64,000 bases of DNA. It comes from an uncultured Eubacteriales bacterium. Lineage in GTDB: Bacteria > Bacillota > Clostridia > Christensenellales > Aristaeellaceae. Below the pieces are notes generated by a model. It was not told where the DNA came from. It saw nothing but the letters and a program-made list of their open reading frames with translations, and did no database searches. The stretch is taken from the NCBI GenBank assembly GCA_902773895.1, contig CACYGB010000013.1:1050-65049 (forward strand). The letters run 5' to 3'. Made by a program: the position numbers and the translations under genes. Below, in pieces: positions 60,608-64,000 of the stretch (position 1 is its first letter; each line of letters opens with the position of its first letter).

Positions 60608-61076
60608 TTAATAGCCCGAAATACGGATATTTTCCGCCGGGATGCCGGAAATTTCCAGGATCAGCGGGAAAAGCAGGGCGGCGTCCGCGTCCTGTAGGGC
60701 ACGGCCCGGGAACAGCGTGATTTTTCCTTTCCGGCACACGCACAGCGCCTGATCGCACCCCCGTCAGGCAGCCCAGGCGGACGGCCAGTTTTCCTTTTTT
60801 TCCCACAGCTTGACGGCTTTCGCGGGCAAAATCCTGCCAGGAACGGTGGGCAAACCGCAGCGCCAGCAGCTGGGTTTCCCGGGTCGGGGCCATAAGGCCC
60901 GCCAGGCACCCGGTCAGCGTTTCCTTTTTCTGGGGCAGCAGGCTTTCGTCCCAGGGCAGCGCGGCGGCCTAGCTGGCCGGATCTTTGCCGGGGCAGGCGG
61001 CCAGGCGGGCTGCGGCGCGCCGGAAGAAGGCGTCCGGCCCTGCCGCTGCCAGCGTTTGCGCCACGTCGCAGCCCTG
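60608..61076 (-). pseudogene. Decayed gene of unrecognised family (in-frame TAG and TGA plus at least one frameshift)
   Basis: Protein-like minus-strand segments are QQGCDVAQTLAAAGPDAFFRR...PAS*AAALPWDESLLPQKKETLTGCLAGLMAPTRETQLLALRFAHRSWQDFA. A second segment in another frame reads KAVKLWEKKENWPSAWAA*RGCDQALCVCRKGKITLFPGRALQDADAALLFPLILEISGIPAENIRISGY*. Confidence 0.45.
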
Positions 61077-61225
61077 CTGTTTTCTTTTTGCCCGGGAGCT
61101 CTCCTGTCGTCATCAAAAACTCCAGGCGCATATTGTTTGTTATTCCAAGTTTGCAGCATCGCCAAGGAGAGGTCCAGGACCCGTCGGGTCCTGGTTCAGG
61201 GGTCCGGGGGCTGAAGAAGCCCCCG
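61077..61225. repeat. Copy B of the ~150-bp structured repeat (inverted relative to 7939-8087)
   Basis: See copy A. The same hairpins are present: CCGGGGGCTGAAGAAGCCCCCGG and CCAGGACCCGTCGGGTCCTGG. Confidence 0.85.
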
Positions 61226-61234
61226 GCATCTCCC

Positions 61235-61696
61235 TCAGTCCGATGTTTGAAGAAGTTCCCGGCCATCCGCGCCTTCCGTCAGCCCCTGAGCCAAACGGGC
61301 GGCCACATACATCAGCCCCTTGCGGTGATAGCGGTAGATTTGCCGCTCGTCGTAATGCAGCTCCATGGCGATGCGGAAAAAGGGCAGGCCCTGCAGGTAG
61401 CGGCATTCCAGCACCAGGCGGCTCATGTCCTCCGGCACGCTGCGGATGACTGCGTCGATTTGCCGCTGCCGGCGAAAAAGAGACGCATAATCGGCCTGGA
61501 TTTCCTGTTCCAGTGCGTCCAGCGCCTGCTGGGTTTCCCCGGCGCAAAGCAGGCTGCGGCGGGCGCGCAGGGTGTCGGCCCGGGTCTGCTTCACAGCGAT
61601 CCGGGCGTCCAGGTGAAGGGCGGCGGACAGGTAATCCCGGGCGGCGCACAGGCCCTGCCGGGACTGCATATACCGCAGCGTTTCCTGGGCGGTCAT
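61235..61696 (-). CDS. Sigma-70 region-4-like small regulator (DUF1492 / phage and ICE type)
   Basis: 153 aa. The C-terminal part (RLVLECRYLQGLPFFRIAMELHYDERQIYRYHRKGL) resembles region-4 HTH proteins of conjugative transposons and phages. It overlaps the upstream gene (ATGA). Confidence 0.65.
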   Translation of the reverse strand: MTAQETLRYMQSRQGLCAARDYLSAALHLDARIAVKQTRADTLRARRSLLCAGETQQALDALEQEIQADYASLFRRQRQIDAVIRSVPEDMSRLVLECRYLQGLPFFRIAMELHYDERQIYRYHRKGLMYVAARLAQGLTEGADGRELLQTSD

Positions 61697-61914
61697 GCAT
61701 CCTCCCGGCGCTCAAACAGCGTTTCCAGCGGCTTATCGCTGTCCAGCGCCCAACGGATCCTTTTGGCCTCCTCCAGGCCCAGGCTGCCTTCGCCCCGCAG
61801 CTTCCGCCGCAGGGAAGGATAGCTGATGCCGGCCTTTTCCGCCAGCGCGTGGCTGTCCATATTCCGCAGGAACATTTCAACCATGACCTGCATGTAAACG
61901 CACGTGTTTTTCAT
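61693..61914 (-). CDS. Small HTH protein (mobile-element type)
   Basis: 73 aa with the HTH HALAEKAGISYPSLRRKLRG and a GGGAGGGGTG RBS. Confidence 0.6.
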   Translation of the reverse strand: MKNTCVYMQVMVEMFLRNMDSHALAEKAGISYPSLRRKLRGEGSLGLEEAKRIRWALDSDKPLETLFERREDA

Positions 61915-61965
61915 TGTGGATCACCCCTCCCGATTATTAAGAACAAATGTTCCCATTTCGCGGAA

Positions 61966-61994
61966 ATTATACCTCCACGGGCCGGAAAAGTCAA
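61966..61994 (-). promoter_or_regulatory. Consensus sigma-A-type promoter of the HTH/sigma-like cassette
   Basis: The minus strand reads TTGACT (61994-61989), a 17-nt spacer, then TATAAT (61971-61966). Confidence 0.65.
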
Positions 61995-62188
61995 CTGCTT
62001 CCGGCTGGGTATTTTCAAAAAACGTTCATGCGGGCCAATTTCCGCTTCCCGGATCAAAATTTCGTCGCTGCGCACGGAAGGCCCGGGGAAAGCGCGTGTT
62101 TTTGGAGCGGAGCAGGCCGCATTTTCCGGTTCGGACAGGAGCCGGGACGGTTTTTCTGCATTGGGCAAAATTCGTCCCGCGCGGATTC

Positions 62189-62217
62189 TTGAAAAACAGC
62201 GAAATCCTTGATAGAAT
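62189..62217 (+). promoter_or_regulatory. Sigma-A-type promoter of the flavoprotein gene
   Basis: TTGAAA, a 17-nt spacer, then TAGAAT. Confidence 0.55.
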
Positions 62218-62290
62218 GAAATTAGGCGCAACAAATGCAAAGGAAACGTGCATGGTTCGCAAGAAATGAACAGAAAGGGGAATATCCGGT

Positions 62291-64000
62291 ATGAAAAAGA
62301 TCGTATCCTTGATGCTGGCGCTGGTCATGACCGCCTGCCTGGCGCTGCCCGCGCTGGCGCAGACCGCCGGCACCTACACCGGCGAAGGCCAGGGCAACAA
62401 CCCTGACGTGAAAATCGTGGTGGAAGTGACGTTCACCGAGGACGCCATCACCGACGTCAAGGTGGTTTCCCACCAGGAAACCCCCACCATCTCCGACCCC
62501 GCCCTTGAAAAGATCCCCGCTGCCATCGTGGCGCAGCAGAGCCTGGCGGTGGACGCCGTGGCCGGCGCCACCAACACCAGCAACGGCATTCTGGCCGCCG
62601 TGGAGGACGCCGCCGTGAAGGCCGGCGCCGACATCGCCGCCCTCAAGAACGCCGCCAAGGAAGAAGCTGCCGTTGAAAAGTCCGAAACGGAACAGACCAC
62701 CGACGTGCTGGTGGTGGGCGGCGGTATTGCCGGCTTCACCGCTGCGCTTTCCGCCAAGGAAAACGGCGCCAACGTGATCGTGATCGACAAAATGCCCGTG
62801 GTGGGCGGCACCACCAACCTGGCCGGCGGCATCCTGGTCAGCGTGAACAGCGAGCTGTTCAAGGACAACCGGCTGCCCTCCGACAGCATGGAAGCCATCC
62901 TGGCCTACTGGAAGGACCGCCAGGCCCGCAGCGGCGTCGACAGCGGTTATCCCGATTGGGAGCGGCTGGAGAACGTGCTGGCTGACACCGGCAAAACCGT
63001 GGACTGGCTGGTGGCCAACAACATCCAGTTCGGCGCTGAGCCCTATGCCGCTTCCACCGCGTATCCCATGGCGCTGGCCAATGGCGGCGGCGCCGGCCTG
63101 ATCCAGATGCTGCTGGCCTCCGCTACGGAGAAGGGCATCCAGGTCATCACCGAATGCAAGGCCACCGATCTGGTGCTGGATGCGGAAGGCGCCGTGGTGG
63201 GCGTCAAGGCGGAAACCGCCGATTCCCTGATTACCTTCCATGCCAAGTCCGTGGTGCTGGCCACCGGCGGCATTTCCCAGAATGAAGAACTGGTGGAGAA
63301 GTACTCCGCCAAGCTGCACCGCGCAGGCCTGGTGCCCACCAGCGCCGTCAGCCACACCGGCGACGGATTCCTGATGGCCCTGGCGGCCGGCGCCGGCACC
63401 TTTGACGTGTTCGCCACGCCGCTGTTTGGCACCGTGGTAGATCCGCAGCTGGGCGCCCTCACCGACACCTCCGCCCTGGCCATTTACAGCCAGCTGGGCG
63501 TCAACGCGGACGGCGTGCGCTTTGGTAACGAAGCGGCTGCCGCCGGCTGGGACAGCTACGACGCCACCGCGTCCGACATGATCCAGAACGGCAAGGCGCC
63601 TTTCTGGTACATCTTCGATTCCGCCGATGAAGCCGCCGTGGCGCAGCTGGAGGCCGGCGTGGCCGACGGCATCGTGGCCAAGGGCGAAACCATCGGGGAA
63701 CTGGCCCTGAACATGCACGTGTACACCGCCAACCTGGAAAAGGCCTACGCGGATTACAGCGCCGCCGTGGCTGCCGGGGAAGACAAGGAATTTGGCAAGG
63801 CCGCGCCTTTCCTGAAGGCGCTTGACAAGGCGCCCTTCTACGCGGTGAAGGTGTATCCCACCACGTTCGGCTCCGCCGGCGGCGTCACCACCACCGAAGA
63901 GGGCCGCGTCACCCGCCAGGACGGCACGGTGATCCCGGGCCTGTATGCAGCCGGTGAAATGAGCAACCGCTACTTCTACAACGAGAACTACATCCTGGCC
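62291..64000 (+). CDS. Secreted or lipid-anchored FMN-binding-domain plus FAD-dependent reductase (fumarate/urocanate reductase flavoprotein family), 3'-truncated by the window
   Basis: This ORF is absent from the supplied ORF track, apparently because no stop codon falls within the window. My own translation starts MKKIVSLMLALVMTACLALPALAQ. An FMN_bind motif (VDAVAGATNTSNGI) and an FAD dinucleotide fold (DVLVVGGGIAGFTAALSA) follow, and the end region reads GLYAAGEMS. Confidence 0.8.
   Translation, partial: MKKIVSLMLALVMTACLALPALAQTAGTYTGEGQGNNPDVKIVVEVTFTEDAITDVKVVSHQETPTISDPALEKIPAAIVAQQSLAVDAVAGATNTSNGILAAVEDAAVKAGADIAALKNAAKEEAAVEKSETEQTTDVLVVGGGIAGFTAALSAKENGANVIVIDKMPVVGGTTNLAGGILVSVNSELFKDNRLPSDSMEAILAYWKDRQARSGVDSGYPDWERLENVLADTGKTVDWLVANNIQFGAEPYAASTAYPMALANGGGAGLIQMLLASATEKGIQVITECKATDLVLDAEGAVVGVKAETADSLITFHAKSVVLATGGISQNEELVEKYSAKLHRAGLVPTSAVSHTGDGFLMALAAGAGTFDVFATPLFGTVVDPQLGALTDTSALAIYSQLGVNADGVRFGNEAAAAGWDSYDATASDMIQNGKAPFWYIFDSADEAAVAQLEAGVADGIVAKGETIGELALNMHVYTANLEKAYADYSAAVAAGEDKEFGKAAPFLKALDKAPFYAVKVYPTTFGSAGGVTTTEEGRVTRQDGTVIPGLYAAGEMSNRYFYNENYILA

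Overview
This is a high-GC (GC3-rich) Firmicutes/Clostridia-type chromosomal window. The taxonomic guess rests on a Gram-positive PolC and the codon style, and is inference only. Most of it is housekeeping or carbohydrate metabolism. It contains an ACT/UPF0210 pair, an hslO operon with Zn-ribbon/TPR/HEAT proteins, and a minus-strand envelope cluster (murG, L,D-transpeptidase, DUF554, two VanW paralogs, CapA). A long minus-strand operon runs frr-uppS-cdsA-dxr-rseP-ispG-cdd-polC. A LacI-controlled maltodextrin locus carries an ABC importer, a secreted GH13, MalQ and two GT35 phosphorylases. A uxuA(damaged)-uxuB-kdgK block and the start of a secreted FMN/FAD reductase complete the set. I found no rRNA, tRNA, CRISPR array, transposase or integrase. 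The most unusual content is threefold. First, an Opp-type ABC transporter (27.4-37.8 kb) has every component oversized, including a membrane-anchored OppF-like ATPase and an OppD-like ATPase with a roughly 380-aa insertion. Second, a ~150-bp structured repeat occurs as an inverted pair 53 kb apart (7.94 kb and 61.1 kb), the second copy beside a mobile-element-like HTH/sigma cassette and a decayed gene. Third, uxuA carries a frameshifting deletion plus a perfect 42-bp tandem duplication. All homology calls are motif recognition by eye. No search or alignment tool was run.
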